Shown piece after piece: positions 25,577 to 39,641 of a stretch of 64,000 nucleotides of DNA. The notes beneath the pieces are model-generated. The model did no database searches. It saw only the letters and a list, made by a program, of their open reading frames with translations, and was not told the DNA's origin. The DNA is from Pempheris klunzingeri (lineage: Eukaryota), in NCBI RefSeq assembly GCF_042242105.1, contig NC_092013.1:6944001-7008000 (forward strand). Direction: 5' to 3'. Made by a program: the position numbers and the translations under genes. Numbering within the stretch: position 1 is the stretch's first letter; each line of letters opens with the position of its first letter.

Positions 25577-27719
25577 GACAGTCAGGCAGAAAATACAGGA
25601 CAGGGGTGACAGACTTCCCTTTCAAACATTCAGCTTCACCCAGAAACCTTGTGGAAAATTGCACTGTCAGGGTGACGAGTGAACAGGAGCCAAAGTCAAT
25701 AGTGTTGACTCAATAAAGTTGATCACACAATACCCCTGTCAGGACCTGGTGAAATTCCCTTCAATCTTTCTTCGAAACGCTGGTGTGAAAAGACGACGCA
25801 GGATTTCCAGGCAAAGCAAGCAAAGGGTTACACCTCCATTTCCACAAGTTGCTCACAACAAGCATACGGGCTGCTAAATTCTAAATGTTAGGGGAACTTA
25901 AATAGCAATCAACCACTGGCTGAACTAAATCAATAACACAAGACATCTTCCATTGCTGATGTTGAACACATCGTCACCTCAGTTACCATCACATCACGTA
26001 TGAGTACATTTTATTGGCTCTTATTTTTTTCATTAGAAAGAGAAAAGAAAGAGAAAGAGATCCACTAGCACACAGAAACACAATAATTCTGCAATGGTCC
26101 AAAAGCTGCAGGTCCATGAATAGTAAACTATGAATGGAGTTTACTACAGCAACTGTGCACTTGGTTCAGTAAACCTATAATTTCTACAACCTTAATATGG
26201 TTTTATGCTGGCACCCACCTGCTGCCTCTTGCCTATAAATCCCACTCTTTTAGATGCTACTATCCATTTCAGTAACTTTTCATAAGGTGACCACTTAAAG
26301 AAATAATAAGTCAGTCCGCACTTGTTGGAAAAAAAAAAACCGTAATGACATTGAAACGTGATAATCCTGTTGAGCACACAGAATTATACGAGCCCTTGTA
26401 AAAGTCTGCTTTTAATGTGTATGAAGCTGCAGCAGAGGACCTGGGTCTGGCGTGCATGACAACAAAATTTGATTTTTCCTGTGAGTTTGGTTCAAGCTGT
26501 CAAATCCGGGTTGACTCTGTGCACAATATCTATCATAAATTTCATTTTAAGGGGGATTTGTGTGAAGCATAACACAGAAGACAGGAGACGATCACCACCT
26601 CTGTCTGTCTTTACTCCCACTGGCCCTCCCAACCATCTGTCTTTCTCTCCCATTGACATTCAGGTGAGAACCGCCCTGTCTGCAGACGGTATGAGTGTGT
26701 GTATGAGGGGCTCGGCAGTTGCAGTGGAAGTGGCCTGCCAAAGTTAATGGGAGGAAGACGTGGGTCTATACTGCTGTTGATGAGGTCGTGTGAGCTTGGA
26801 GTGTGTACGTATCTCATCACCAGCGGGTCGGCTTGCTAATGTGCGCGTCTCTCTCTGCCTATCTGCCCTCTACCCACTCTGTCCATTCATCTCACTGGCT
26901 ATACATCAATCTATCAGGGGCAATTATTGGGGAAACGAGACCAGTAGTAAGTGGATGAGAGGTGACCTGCGCCATACAGCAATCAAACCCCAACCTCTCT
27001 CTTCCTCCCCTCCTCTCTTCTTTCCCTCTCTCTCTCTCCCTCCAGCTGTGCTTGGAATAGGCCCTTAAATCACTCAGCCCTGGCCCTTTGATTGGTTGAC
27101 CTCTCTGCATGATTAAACAGCCATTTTCATCACGTCCTTCGTAAGAGAGTGACAGAATGAGAAAGGAAGAGGGAGAGAGCGGGAGAGACAGACACGCTGA
27201 TAAAGGAGGTTGAGTGAGCCCAACCAAATGGGATCTCTCCAAGTTGATGACAGACATTTGGATCAGAGGGGGGAAAGACTGAAACTCCAGAGTGCGAGCT
27301 GGTGAGAAAATAACCTGAAAGTATGACATACATTGTGAGCCCCAGTGGACACGGCTGACATGCCACAACCCTCACTATGGCACAAAGCTCAATATCACAG
27401 GAGGAATGACTGGCTAGGACTGAACGATGGAACCTGAAATCTACTGCATGTTACAAGAAATTAAAAAGTAGTGAATAAAACTTTGAGAATGACAAATTTA
27501 CTTTTGAAATTTGTCCAGTAGATCGCCAAGAATGGGTGGCGAACAAGTTTCACTTAATAACTTTGAGTCTGGTGGTTTTAAATGGCGTGATACGACGACT
27601 GTCTGTGGTGACGTAAAAAATGATCTTACAGGCCTATTTCAGTAGGGATCACTTCCGTTATGTGGTCACACTTCAAATAACAATCTGAACTTGTCAGAGG
27701 CAAAAGGAAGAAGCACTTT

Positions 27720-27916
27720 AAGTGGACGAACTTTCTTGCACAATTGCCCTGAAGAATAACATTGCAGCCATCACTGCCTGTTCACCGCTTGTTCTCAGCT
27801 GTCTGCAGAGGCGATCTACTGAACTAGTTCCATAGTTTTTGTTCCTACCAGTTATTTCGAACCCAAAATATGTAAAAATATGGCCCTGGTTGAAAAATAC
27901 CGGAGTTATCCTGTAA
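27720..27916. mobile_element. Remnant of a short non-autonomous DNA element
   Basis: Ends in GGCCCTGGTTGAAAAATACCGGAGTTATCCTGTAA, resembling (from memory) the termini of TTAA-flanked fish MITEs. Left boundary uncertain. Confidence 0.4.
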
Positions 27917-30900
27917 TACATCAAGGTATTATAACTCCTCTTGGCTAATGTCTGGTGTCTGTACTAAATACTCAATCCTTGACTCTGCACTGCTGTGTAG
28001 GCTGATTTATTGGCCACATGCCGGATTAGGTGGTTGTCATAGCTATTCTCCAATTACATGGGATTCTGATCATTTCAAGTAACTTTCAGTAAATTTAGGT
28101 CAGCAAGAAACCCATAACGATGGTAATTATCTATAGTTATTATATTATGATTACATAAAAAAGGTCCAACCCCTACAACAAACAGCAGAGCACTGAATGC
28201 AGAATACAGTTTAGAATTTGGAGACAATGTTATTATCCTGGGTAGCACTTCAACACAGATGGAGATGCCTCTAATGCCTCTACCATGACTCTATCACACT
28301 GTAATGTGGGGTAGCTAACAAGATATCACAGGGTCATTCTCATCATGGCTGTGACCAGCAGACCTTAAAACTAATTCCCTGAAATCACCAGTCTAAAGAG
28401 TGGGTGAGTTTAATTTCCTCGTCTTCCCTGAAACCAAACTTCTCGTCCGATAAAATCGCCACCCCCTCTTAACATCTGTTTGGCTTTCAAATAAAAAAGC
28501 CGTAAAGCCAGTGTGACGGGGTGGCACAAGCAACAGCAGCTGTTCCAGTGCTGCATTCAGTCCTTAATTAAAGTTTGACTCAGCTTCTCTGAGTTTTTGT
28601 CATCCTTCTTTCCCCACACTCTCTCTTTTTCTTCCCCCATGCTTTTGACACAAGAGTCTCTCTGCAACATTATTTATTATTCTTTGGTGCGAGCTGCCTT
28701 GTTGCTGTTCTGAGTAAGCTAGTGCTGCCAAGTCCCCTCCCTCACTCCGCTGTTGTCTTCTCCTTTTCCCTCAGCCGTTTCTGGCCGAGGTGCAGGCTCT
28801 GGCATCATTTTGTTCAGATTTCTCCTATCCCGCCCTTTTCACAAATCTAAACGCTCAAGGCTTTTATGTTGATGCAGCTACAAGCAGACTGGGAGACGGG
28901 CTACTTTTGAAAATGTGTCTGTGCTGTGGCCAAGTTTGACTGCAGCACTGATTGCCGAGGGCAGGATGAGGTGTGCCTCTTGAATGAGCTAAAAACAGCT
29001 TGTGCCATGAACAGCACATGTGGCAATGGCTCTGAAATGTGTCTTAGTTTGGGCGAAAGAAAAAGTCTGGTATAACCGACTCTAAATTATGTTTGAGCTT
29101 AATGATGTCTTTGGTTTAAAAATGTTACCTTGTATGCCCCGTTTGTTTGTTCTAAAATTAATCATCAGCTTTATGCCATTATATTGCAAGATACACTCAA
29201 CATTCAGTGTTGCCTCAAGTGCCACTTGGACAAATACTATCTGTCATGTGTCAGAGGGCAGGCAGAGAGAGTCTGCTGGTGCACCAGGGGCCATGTCACG
29301 CTGATCTCAAGAGCCAAATGAGGTCACACTCGGGTAAAAATGGAGAGCCAAGCCGATCAACCAGAACAGCTACATTCCTCAACATCCATTGGAAACCAAG
29401 GAAATCGTGGATCTTGGTGAAGCAGGGGGAGGATGGCCCCAAGAGAAAGGCTAGGAGAGAAAGGAAGCAACTCCTCCCAGCTGCCACGCATCAGCACATC
29501 ACACCAGTCACAAGTTACACACCCCATTTCGTTTGGAATGCGGTGGCCCGACAAGAGCTGAATGGTATCGCTGACACATTCCTTCATGTTTGCTGGCTGC
29601 CTCATCACATGCTCTGCCTCCTTATCCGCCACAGCAAATCTACCAGCTGTGAGTACAGGCTTGCTCGGGCGAACTCTAAAATAGTCAGCAACACTTTATC
29701 ACGATCTTTACTACCTTTTTTCTCTTCACGTGGGAGCTGGCACACCGCTGACCTATGTGACAGCCCCTTGTAGGGGGAGAGGAGGCCGGGGTCAGAGGTC
29801 ACCGAGCACAACTGGAGCCATCATGGGATAGCAATGTGTTGCTCACACTCACACCCACCTAAACGCCCCTCCCCCGTGACGCAGTAGCAGCTCAGAAGTC
29901 CACCCCAGGCTGAGTAAAAAAGCAACATGAGGGCCCAGGCAATAAAACTTGCGTGGCCCCACTCCACCTTTAAAGTAGGGATCAGTCTAACCTTTGACCT
30001 CCCCCTCTCCCGCCCCTCCTCCTCCTGCTCTTCTTCTAATTCTGGTTACAATCAACACCCCGCCCCCCTTCCCGTTGGTCCACCATTGTCTGGCCTGTAG
30101 TACTTATTCCCAGAGTCCCCTTGCTCTGCTTGCGTCTCCTCCACAGGGGGTCACGGAGGGAGAGGAGACTTAAAGGCACCCCGGAGACTTGTGTGGCTAC
30201 AGCATGGAGGTAACCCAGGTCTGTTGAAAGAATTAGGCTGAGCAGCCACCAATGTCCTGCACAACATGCAGTCGAGTGGTTTTCCCCTTAACAAGCTATG
30301 TAAGGGAGGAAAGGGAGGGAAACAGGTTTTATAGTCCTCGAGCACATGTTTCCACTGAGGGAGTGGAGGAAAAACAACCGGTCTTTCAGGAGCATCCCAG
30401 AACTTTTGTCTAAACGTAATTGTGTTAGAAGACGGTTCTACAAGCTGTTCAGCAATGCCTCGAAGGAGGTTTTACACCAAGAGAGAAGCAATGATTTGCA
30501 AGAGTAAACCTTTTAAACCTTATTTGAGGCCCTTTTGCATTGAGCCGTCTATGAAATGTCAGTGTTATCATGAGCCTGCTAATGCCACTAACCTTTGGAA
30601 AGTATTTGCATTGATTTGCAGGAGGTGAGGGTAGTATTACAGGGTAACTGTACCTCCTGTGAATAGAGAAAAGTCCCTTGTACATGTGTCTATGGTCGAC
30701 ATGCTATGCAGTGGCACAATGCCAACGTACAATGGAGGCCAGACTATGCGGGCCACTCATCACTTCTCCCTCTTTAACCCTTTGAGATGAGTACAAAAGA
30801 GGGAGCTGACAAAGAGGCGGTGGAAAGAAAAGGAGGCAGTAGAGGGAGGAGGTGTAGGGGATTCAATGCTGCTTCAGCACAGTTTTAAGGGGAGTTTCAG

Positions 30901-32899
30901 ACTACATTTGTTGTTTGACAACTTTGGCTTCACCGTAAGCAGGGGGCAATGGATGCCAGGAATCCAAACAATTTCTCAGGCAAAGACATAACGCTGTGAT
31001 TAGGGCTGTAGAGTAAGTAGCCCTGTTCCTCTTATGAAGCCTAAGACTCTTGCACTATTATTTACGTTCCAGTTTTCTTCAAAATAACATTTCTGCGGTC
31101 CTTTTGGACGTCCGTTACTGACAGAAATCATTTGGCATCTGGGATACGGTTTCAAATGAATTAATACTGCTTTCAGAAAGAGCTTACTAAAGTTTTGAGC
31201 TGGCCCCGAAAACCTGGCAGGTCCCTCTTGGCCCTGCTGTGGAAAAGTGGCTACTGAGAGTTAAACATGCGGAGGTGAGATCTTGGGAAGTGCTCCAAAG
31301 TGATTTAGGGCTAAAGCCACTCAAAATCTACCCTTATTTTTGGAGCTGAAGTGGGATCACATAGAGGAATTAAGGAAGCTAATTGACCATTCTGTTAAGC
31401 TGAAAAGTGAACATGTTTTTTTTCCCTTATCTACTGGTTTTCTGTGAAGTGTCTGCCTGCATAAGACCTCACCACACACGCACATACAGACACGAACACC
31501 AAACTAGCTGGAAGCACCAGCCCACATCTAAACAGCGCCAGACACTCAAGGGAAAAAGTGAGTGGTAAACAAAATGAATAAATGAGCACTTATCTCCATC
31601 TGGTAAATACACATACAGGTGCTGACATCAGAGTGTGTGGTTTATGAGCCATGGAGCGGATATCCATGCACGAGTGTGCACACACTCAAACACCAGCCAA
31701 AATGCAACTAAGGGAGGAGAGAGGGAGAGTGATCCTACCTGTGTCCTACACACACGTGCACGTGCTTTCTCAGTGTCGCCACCACTGCCTCGGGGGTGAA
31801 ATCACCATACTACCTTTGACCTTTCTGGAATAAGTAAAAGAGCGAGCTGCTCTGCTCTGATCAGAGGTCATCATCAACACTCCCTACACACAGATTGTCC
31901 GTCCTTTCGCTAACATGGGGGTTGTTGTTGGCAAGTCCACAACACAGCCGCAGTAAAAGGGCCAGACCGGCAGCTAGCTGATTTATAGGCTAGCCCATGG
32001 CCACGCTTTCTCTGGGCAAGTGGCTCTCTTCAAAGGCCCGCCTTCTATTAGTCTTATTTACAGGGCTGGGGAGAATAGACCACCTGAATTATTCAAGATT
32101 CCCCTTGGTAAATACTACAGAAACCAGGAGGGTGTGTGTGCAAGAAGGCAGGTGGCGAAGGATGGAAGACAGGAATGACAAAGTGGGAGATCCAGAGACT
32201 GAGAAAGGGAGAAAAAAAAAAACAAGTGAGCAATTATGAGTTGCTGCACCATTAACATTGATCACAAAAATAAATGGCTACGTGCCTGTGTAAACTCTTC
32301 CCCGTTTCATCTCCTCAGCGGTGGAAAGTGTTACCTTGAGGAGTTCTCATGCTCGTACATGCACAAACACGTTCAGATAGCATCCTGTATACCATCCTCC
32401 TAAATACAATGTGCGCGTCAACAAATGCACACTGACGGTGCACTGCTTATCTCAATGCAAATACATGCAAAGGCACACACCCACAGTGCGCCGGCTCCTC
32501 TCTCACACAGTGGTTCTCATTAACAAGCCAAACATGCCTGAAGAGGCAGACAGACTCTAGTGAGCATGGTAAACAACCAGTAGGCTCCCTCATCTAAACT
32601 GAGACTATCTCAGCATCAGCAACACACACTTTCCGCCGATGATACTGACAGACTGGGCCAGACACAATCCACTCAAAAATCTGCTTATGTCCCGCTGAAC
32701 CAGTGGAATTTGGGGTTCTTTGCTCAAGGGGAACCTACAATGGCAAACATTGGGTATGGGTGACGGCCCCAACTAGATCCCAACATTTTTGGCACTGCCG
32801 TATTCTCACGTGACAAAAATATTATTGTAATGTGACACTTTATTGTGTATACCAATACCACACTACAAAGTGCACTGTGCCCATCACACATTGTAGTTC

Positions 32900-33415
32900 A
32901 TGCTTGTTTACATTCAAGCTTTTCCAAAGAAGCAAACGATTTTAATCGATATGTTATCACCATGGTTTACAATAACAACATCCTCTTACGACGAGCACAG
33001 TTCAGAAACTGGATTATAGCAGTAGAGACAGAGAGACATGGGCCACGAACGAGCTGTTGACTACGCAAGAACATCCTTCTATGTAAGTAGGAACAAACAA
33101 AGTGGCAGAATTGTATACGGTCCACTTTAAAAACATCCAAACAACCAAAAGAAACCTGATAGATCCCCGTTTTTTACATTAAAAAGATAAAATAAGTTAG
33201 AGATCATCTTGCCGTAATGGCTGCCGCTTGCTGTACATCACTCCACTTAATACAAAAATTTGACTTAAAAATAATTTTATTGATTTAAAAATCGTTTTAT
33301 TGCTTCTGCTGTCAGAATGACGGCCATGGCAACAATCTGCTATACAGAAATAAGATTGCAGAATGCCATAATTGACCAATCAAAATCGATTATTCAGCAA
33401 AGCTCTGTACTAATG
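32900..33415. mobile_element. Degenerate interspersed fish repeat
   Basis: Contains CACCATGGTTTACAATAACAAC and GACCAATCAAAATCGATTATTCAGCAAAGC, motifs I recall from common teleost repeats. Family not assigned. Confidence 0.35.
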
Positions 33416-36064
33416 AGCCCTGACTATAGCGTCCTTTAGCACTAAAATTAGAAAATACAGATGACAGGTATAGTTGTGTCTTATGTTACAGGAAGGAACT
33501 GTGACTTCCTGGTCGATAGCAGCCCACAGCTCTTCTTCTCAGGAGGAAATGCAACAAGAGAAGCCATTTTTTATGTCCATGCAAATCGGGGACTGAAGCT
33601 GCTTGTCTGAGTCAGTGTCTGAGGGGAGATGGACAGGATGCTGACAGGAGCATCAGCATGCCTGGGGGGAAAACTTATATGCTGAGGCTGTGCCCACTAG
33701 CTGTGGGGGTGGTGGGATTTCTACACAAGGCCAGTGGGTCAGAAGTGGAATCAGGGTCAATACCGTGTCTTTGGACCTTCAAGGAGAACCTTCAGAATGA
33801 CCGTAACTCAATCTCAGTGGTGACGTGCCAGGGGCTGAGGGTCCAATACAACCAATGACAGCGACTCTTTGGTTTGGATCAGAGCCAACTCCACAAATTA
33901 TAAGAGACTGTCCATTTGATTTTACAAGAAAATAATGCAGCGCTCCTGTCAATAACATGAAGTGAGTGCAAACTGGTGAACAAGAGAATTTCTTTGTGCC
34001 CTACTTAAGTCAATCTCACCGCACTGCTTTACATTTCAACCAAACTAATCAACAACCCTTTGAACAAAAGAAGACCATGTAAATTCTGCTCCCCAACAGG
34101 CGGCACAGACTACAGTGGAGACTGAGCTTATTTTCAATTTGCAGCAAGATTAGCAGGCATGTTTTTGATACTGTCAGAGCGGCAGAGATTTTTCTATTCC
34201 AAGTCGTCTTGAGTGAGTGGCCTTTTTAGTGCCTTCTTCAAAAAGCATCCCCCGTACCCGAGCAGCTGTCACTTTCAGCAGGCACTGTGGAGGACGGAAG
34301 CGGGGGAGGGGTCCTTTGAAGGAATGGTTAAAAGTGGGCGATAAAAATAAACTGGGAGAGAGGAGAAAATTAATTATACATAACAGACAGTTCACTTGGA
34401 TGAGCACGACAGAGACAGAGAAACTAAGGCTGCTTCCTCAAAGAAAAAAAAACCCATTTTCTGGCTGAGGAAATTTCTGCTCTGCCACCACAGTGGCCAT
34501 ATTTATTTGGCTACATCTGAAGTGAGGGAGGCAACAAGGAATCTTTTTTTAAGAAGGTCAAGTCATCAAACAATACAGAGCAAGCTTTCATTTCAAATTC
34601 TCCATGCTGGCGCTGTCTTCATGCATCTCCTCTAATTCGAGCAGTTTCCAGAGACCAAAATAAAATTGCTAGCCCTGAGCGCATCCTCCTTCTTAAAAAT
34701 GTGATGAAGCTTGCAGATAGATCAGTCTGCCTTTAAATTCCCGTCTGATTGGCACTGATGAGGGTTTATACTGCTGGCTCACCTGCAAACTCACCTCTTC
34801 ATATGATTCGAAATGCACCGGCACTTTGCAGTTCAACACCGCCCACTGACTCTCAATCCCAGCTTCTTATTCGGGCCAAATGGAGGTCATTCCTATTTGA
34901 GCAGTCAGTCAAGACAGGCCCGCCAGGTATTGGCGAGTGAGTTTATTTCATATTAAGGCTTGTCGGCTGGAGAGGTGTTCGCTGTGGTGTGTGTGTGTGT
35001 GTCTGTGGATGCGTGTACACGACAGGGCCTTCGGGTAGAGCCCTGCTGCTGGTCCCTCTTTAGTACGTTTTAATATTGCTGCTGCTGTGTGGCTCCTCGC
35101 CTCGGGGCGCCACACAAACCCCAGAGAGACCAAGTAAAAACACTCAAATAGAGGGAGCGAGAGGATGGGACATGGCGCAGAAAGAGATGGAGGGGTGACA
35201 GCATGGAGAAGCAGGAAGGGATGTGGCAGAAAGAAGGGTGGAAGGAAGGAGAGATACACTGAGGTGTTAGAAGAGAGCAAAAAGACGGACGGGCACAGAT
35301 TGGATAAAACGCAGTCTGAGCACCAGCGCCAGCAACGCGGCAAACCTCTTTAGCAAGACTGACACAAATGAAAACTTATGTAATAAAAACACGCCATCTC
35401 CACCGGCTACAATATGAAAGCAGATATTGCATTACAGCGCTGCTGTGCCAAAGAAGCCCTCAATCGTACACAGGGGAGGGAGTTTAGACCATGATGTGTC
35501 TGACACTCTGTGACATAACCCCTGTGTCGGTTTGAGATGGGATCCTTTTTCAATGATAGTAAATGCCTCTTCATGCACTGAGCCAAGAAGCAGCAATGGA
35601 CAGGCACCGAGAGGCTATGAAGACTTGTCATCCCCACAGAAATGTACACGAGAACTGGTCCAAAAAACGGAATTGGAGGGACTGCCGACAGAGAATCTGG
35701 ACAGAGAGAGAGAGACGGAGGATGAGGATGGAAGAGTGAGGTGGGCCTTACATGTGCTCAGTCTCTTCTCTAGAGAGAGGAAGAGAGAGATGGGGGGAGG
35801 GAGGGAGGAGAGAACCAGTATGCAAAGAGCAAGCGTGTAGGAGAGAGGAAGGCAGAACGGGGAGACAGATCAGAAAAATGAAAATAAGGAAAACACCGAC
35901 AGAGAACTTAGTGGGGGGGTGGAAGGATGGAATGATGGAAGGATGGAGGCAAACGGCGATGGTCCTCCTGACAGCGAGAGACGGAGAGAGCGAGGGGAGG
36001 AAAACTGGGAGAGAAAGCCTGAGTGGCAGCACAAGTCTGGAGACAGGAAGAACAGCAGAGGAGT

Positions 36065-36068
<4 letters not shown>

Positions 36069-36094
<26 letters not shown>
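36069..36094. repeat. (AG)n microsatellite within a purine-rich tract
   Basis: Seen directly. Confidence 0.9.
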
Positions 36095-36099
<5 letters not shown>

Positions 36100-37658
36100 G
36101 AGAAGAGGAAATGCCTAAAGATGAGGATGTCACACTGGTTTAAAATGCTGAACAGTGCGGGAAACTGGGAGAGGAGCTGGCTTTTACAGTCTACACACAA
36201 ACACTGTGTGCGTGAATACAGTGTGTGTATCGTTCGCCACATGGAAGCAATGAATCATACTACAGTATACCCTAAAGAATACAATTATGCATTGAAAATC
36301 CTTTCACATATATGAGCAATTTTAATGACCCAAGAAAACAGTTCTTCGCACCAGCTGAGGAAGTCCCATGTGAGTGCGATGGACTTCAAATCCTCTCCTT
36401 TGATTCCCGTTTCTAAAACTCCTCCATCGCTCTATGCAGTTAAACTAAATATTTAGGGCCATTCTTGCAGTGCCAAGTAGCGATTCAGTTCTCACTTGAA
36501 CACGACTCTTCTGCTTTGTCATCCATCTACAATCTAATTAGACCTTAAATATGCAGCTCACTGAAAAGTCCAGAGGAATGCAGCGGGGAGGCGAGCCACA
36601 CAAAGGCAGGACCAGAGGGGTGCAAAGTGCACATGTCAGCTCGAATTCCAAAGTTTGGACATCACAGATTTACCCTTCACGGCAGCAGCCAGACTGGACA
36701 GGGCAGACTTTCAAAATTCATGACACTGCTGGTTTATTGTGGAGCAGATCTGTATCATAATTAGGGAAGATTGAGGCAAATTGCTTGTAATTTTCTGGCT
36801 GGGTTGCCAGCTTTCATGTGAAATGCCATGCAAGGTCATAGTTTTGCAAAAAAGAAGAAAAAAAAACAAATTCTTTTCTGACGGGAACTTTTTGAAAGCA
36901 TGAAAGGATAATCATCTAGGTGCGATTGCTTCTCACAGATTCTCCCCAATTCTCTTGTGATTTAAACTCACATGAGGATGCGTGGCTGGGCATGTGTGAA
37001 GCACGTACAAATGTCATTATGATCTGTGGTTCTCCCCTGGATAATCACTAGTAGCTCTTTTCACAGGGGCCTAGAACAACCTAGAACATTTTGTCATTTC
37101 CAGGCTGTCTGCTACATTTTTTAAAAAAAAGTGTGCGATATATAATCCTCTCATAAAGAGAGCCATCACTGTGTTTGGTTACATGGCTGCCACTCCTTGC
37201 TGCCAGTCACACGCGCTCCTGTAAAGTAAAGCTCGTCTTGATCGAACAACTTGGGTACACTACTGTTGTGTGGTCAGCGACATGTCAGTCAGCCTGTGGT
37301 TGAGTGATTTCTAGCCGTGACTCGGGCACCACCTCTTAAACAAACACTCATGCCACGGTTCAGATCCCACATCATTTGCATGTGAATGCTGGTCACGGCG
37401 TTGAGCTGTCAATAAAGAAGCTGCTGCTTGACCGAACTGAGGCAAAAATTGGGTCATGTCACTTATGATAAAGCATCATTACGTTAGTCACATAGCGCCT
37501 GTGTCTTATAGGGGCGTTCATGTGGTGCCACAGAGGACAAAATACACCGAGCAAAACCACTGGGTTTGTATTAACTGTCTGAAGAATCCAAAAAAAACTT
37601 AAATATGAACTGAACATTGCAGTGATTCTTTTTTATGACAGGCTCTAGTCTGGCCCCA

Positions 37659-37686
37659 CTCCTCCTCCTCCTCCTCCTCCTCCTCC
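37659..37686. repeat. (CTC)n microsatellite
   Basis: Seen directly. Confidence 0.9.
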
Positions 37687-38260
37687 CACTAAAAAAAGGT
37701 TAAAATTATGTCTGAGCCTTTGCTCATCTAATATGATTCATGAATACATATTTAAAACGGGCTCCAAATGAATTCACGCAGTGTGCCGGGTCAGGGTGGG
37801 TAGTCTAATTTGGTTAACCAGGATTTGATTAAAAAAAAAAAAAAAAAAAGATAAATAAAATAAAACTGAGGAGAATCCGATGGAGCAATGAGAGCCTTTT
37901 CAATAGCTGACAGCCAATGCGCACTCCACACACCCACAGACAGCCCTCAGCACTCCATCCCTGCTCAAAGGGGGAATTCAATTGCTGTCGAATAACAAAG
38001 CTCACAAATTGCCTCTCATTCGTGTGCAGATTAACGCTCTTTTTACACCATTTCTAATTATTTCAAAGCTAATAGGTGAATCGATTTTTTTTTTTCCTTT
38101 TTAAAAGCAGGCACATCCCTGGAGAAATCCAACACAACTCCTCCCTTAGGTCCATTTAAGAAAGCCGGACAGCAGGCATTCAATTCTGACTAAATAAACA
38201 AGCAGGAAAGCGACTGTTCAGCCTCGTCCGGGGATTATTTATCCAGGCGACAGTGAGTAC

Positions 38261-38377
38261 CTGTGAGGATGGTGGCATTCCTCCTCAGGGGCAATGCAAC
38301 AGCCATGCAGGCGGACCAGCCTGCTAGCTGGTCCCCAAACACCGGAGGTTTCTTTTGGTGCAAGTCTACAGATAACA
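38261..38377 (-). other. Possible additional or alternative 5'-UTR exon of plxna1
   Basis: Donor CAG|GTACTC at 38261/38260. Candidate acceptors (CTTCAG near 38378, CTGTAG near 38366) follow a TTTCTCTTCT tract. The 5' boundary is uncertain. Confidence 0.35.
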
Positions 38378-38559
38378 CTGAAGCTTTACCAGAAGAGAAA
38401 GAAGTATTTTTTTTTTTTATTTCTTACAACAGCTGACGTTCTCCAAGCACGCAGAAACTCACCTCACACTGCACCAAATCCTTGCAAGAAAAACCACCAA
38501 TTTTTTTTTACTTTCAAGCGCCAGGTGCTTATGGTGAAATAATTAAAAAAGAAACGTCC

Positions 38560-39310
38560 ATACTAATTAACATAGCAGCCTAAAGCCTCGTTCGGCGCCC
38601 ACAACACCCGCAGTTTTACAGTTTGGTGTGGATCAATCCGACTGGTGGTCACACCGGGGCGCGCATTGAACGCACCGCTCACACCAACACCACCAGCAGC
38701 CTCCACACACCTAAATAACTGGATATGAGCGCTGCTCTACACATTCCTCTCCGTGCCCCTCTGTTCGCGGTTGGGTTTGGTTGGAGTCCCCCAGCTTCTT
38801 CAAAACTCGTGGAGAAACCAGACGCGGAGAGCGCAGAGGACACGGGGGAGAAAACACAACGACAAACTCACCACACGGAGCAATGGAGAGGAGAGAGAGA
38901 GGGGGGGGTGTAACCTAAATATTTCAGCCGGCTCCACCAAAAAAAAAAGAAAAAAAGAAAACCTGCTCCTTCCTCACGGAGAGAAGAAAAAAGCCCCCGC
39001 CGGAGTTTTCACGGTACTTACAGGTTCAGGTGATCCTGAGGCTCGATATCCTCGCCATGGTTTTAAATCCCAAAACTTGGGGACATTCCGCGCTGGTCAC
39101 GGAGTGGCGGTGCTCTCTCTCCGGCGGCTCCCTGCGTGTGAATGGAGAGGAGAGGAGAGGAATGCAACTCCGGCTCCAGCAGGAGGAGGGAGGGAGGGAG
39201 GGAGGAGGGAGGGTGGAGAGGGAAGGGGGAGGAGGAGGAGGCGCTCTGCTGCTGCAGTACCGCGCCGAGTCCATAGAGGGCGCCCCCGGGCCGGCTGCAG
39301 GTGTGACAGG
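38560..39310 (-). promoter_or_regulatory. CpG/GC-rich island, probable plxna1 promoter and TSS region
   Basis: Visibly the most CpG-dense kilobase of the window, with GC- and (CCT)-rich leader-like sequence. It changes abruptly to AT-rich DNA after ~39330, lies upstream of the coding exon and contains a minus-strand splice donor. Confidence 0.7.
39022..39260 (-). other. plxna1: Putative non-coding first exon of plxna1 (5' end approximate)
   Basis: Donor CCT|GTAAGT at 39022/39021 inside the CpG island. The TSS position is an estimate. Confidence 0.55.
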
Positions 39311-39508
39311 GAGTCTGATATGACATCAATCTTCTTATCCTTCTTTCCCACACTCATGTGTGTTGTATTCAGCTTAAATATTATATTTGTTTATCAATGT
39401 ATTGTGATTAATATATGTTGTTTCCAACTTATACACCTTCCAACATCTTTTAAATGACCTGATCCATGACCGCACGACAACTTTACAGTGTACTTGCACT
39501 TAACTTTG

Positions 39509-39549
39509 CATCCATCCATCTATCCATCTATCCATCTATCTATCTATCC

Positions 39550-39580
<31 letters not shown>

Positions 39581-39641
39581 CATCTATCTATCTATCTATC
39601 TATCCATCTATCCATCTATCATCCATCTATCTATCTATCTA
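39509..39641. repeat. Compound (ATCT)n/(ATCC)n tetranucleotide microsatellite
   Basis: Seen directly, ~200 bp upstream of the CpG island. Confidence 0.95.

Noticed and set aside
29207..29773. 188-aa plus-strand ORF
   Set aside because: Non-ATG start and no recognisable motif; consistent with chance.
32945..32985. Minus-strand VVIVNHG, resembling the fish Chchd6 C-terminus as I recall it
   Set aside because: No stop follows, there is no acceptor, it lies inside a repeat, and it is within the plxna1 intron.
38753..39457. 234-aa plus-strand ORF over the CpG island
   Set aside because: Low-complexity, GC-driven stop avoidance with a non-ATG start; no protein family recognised.
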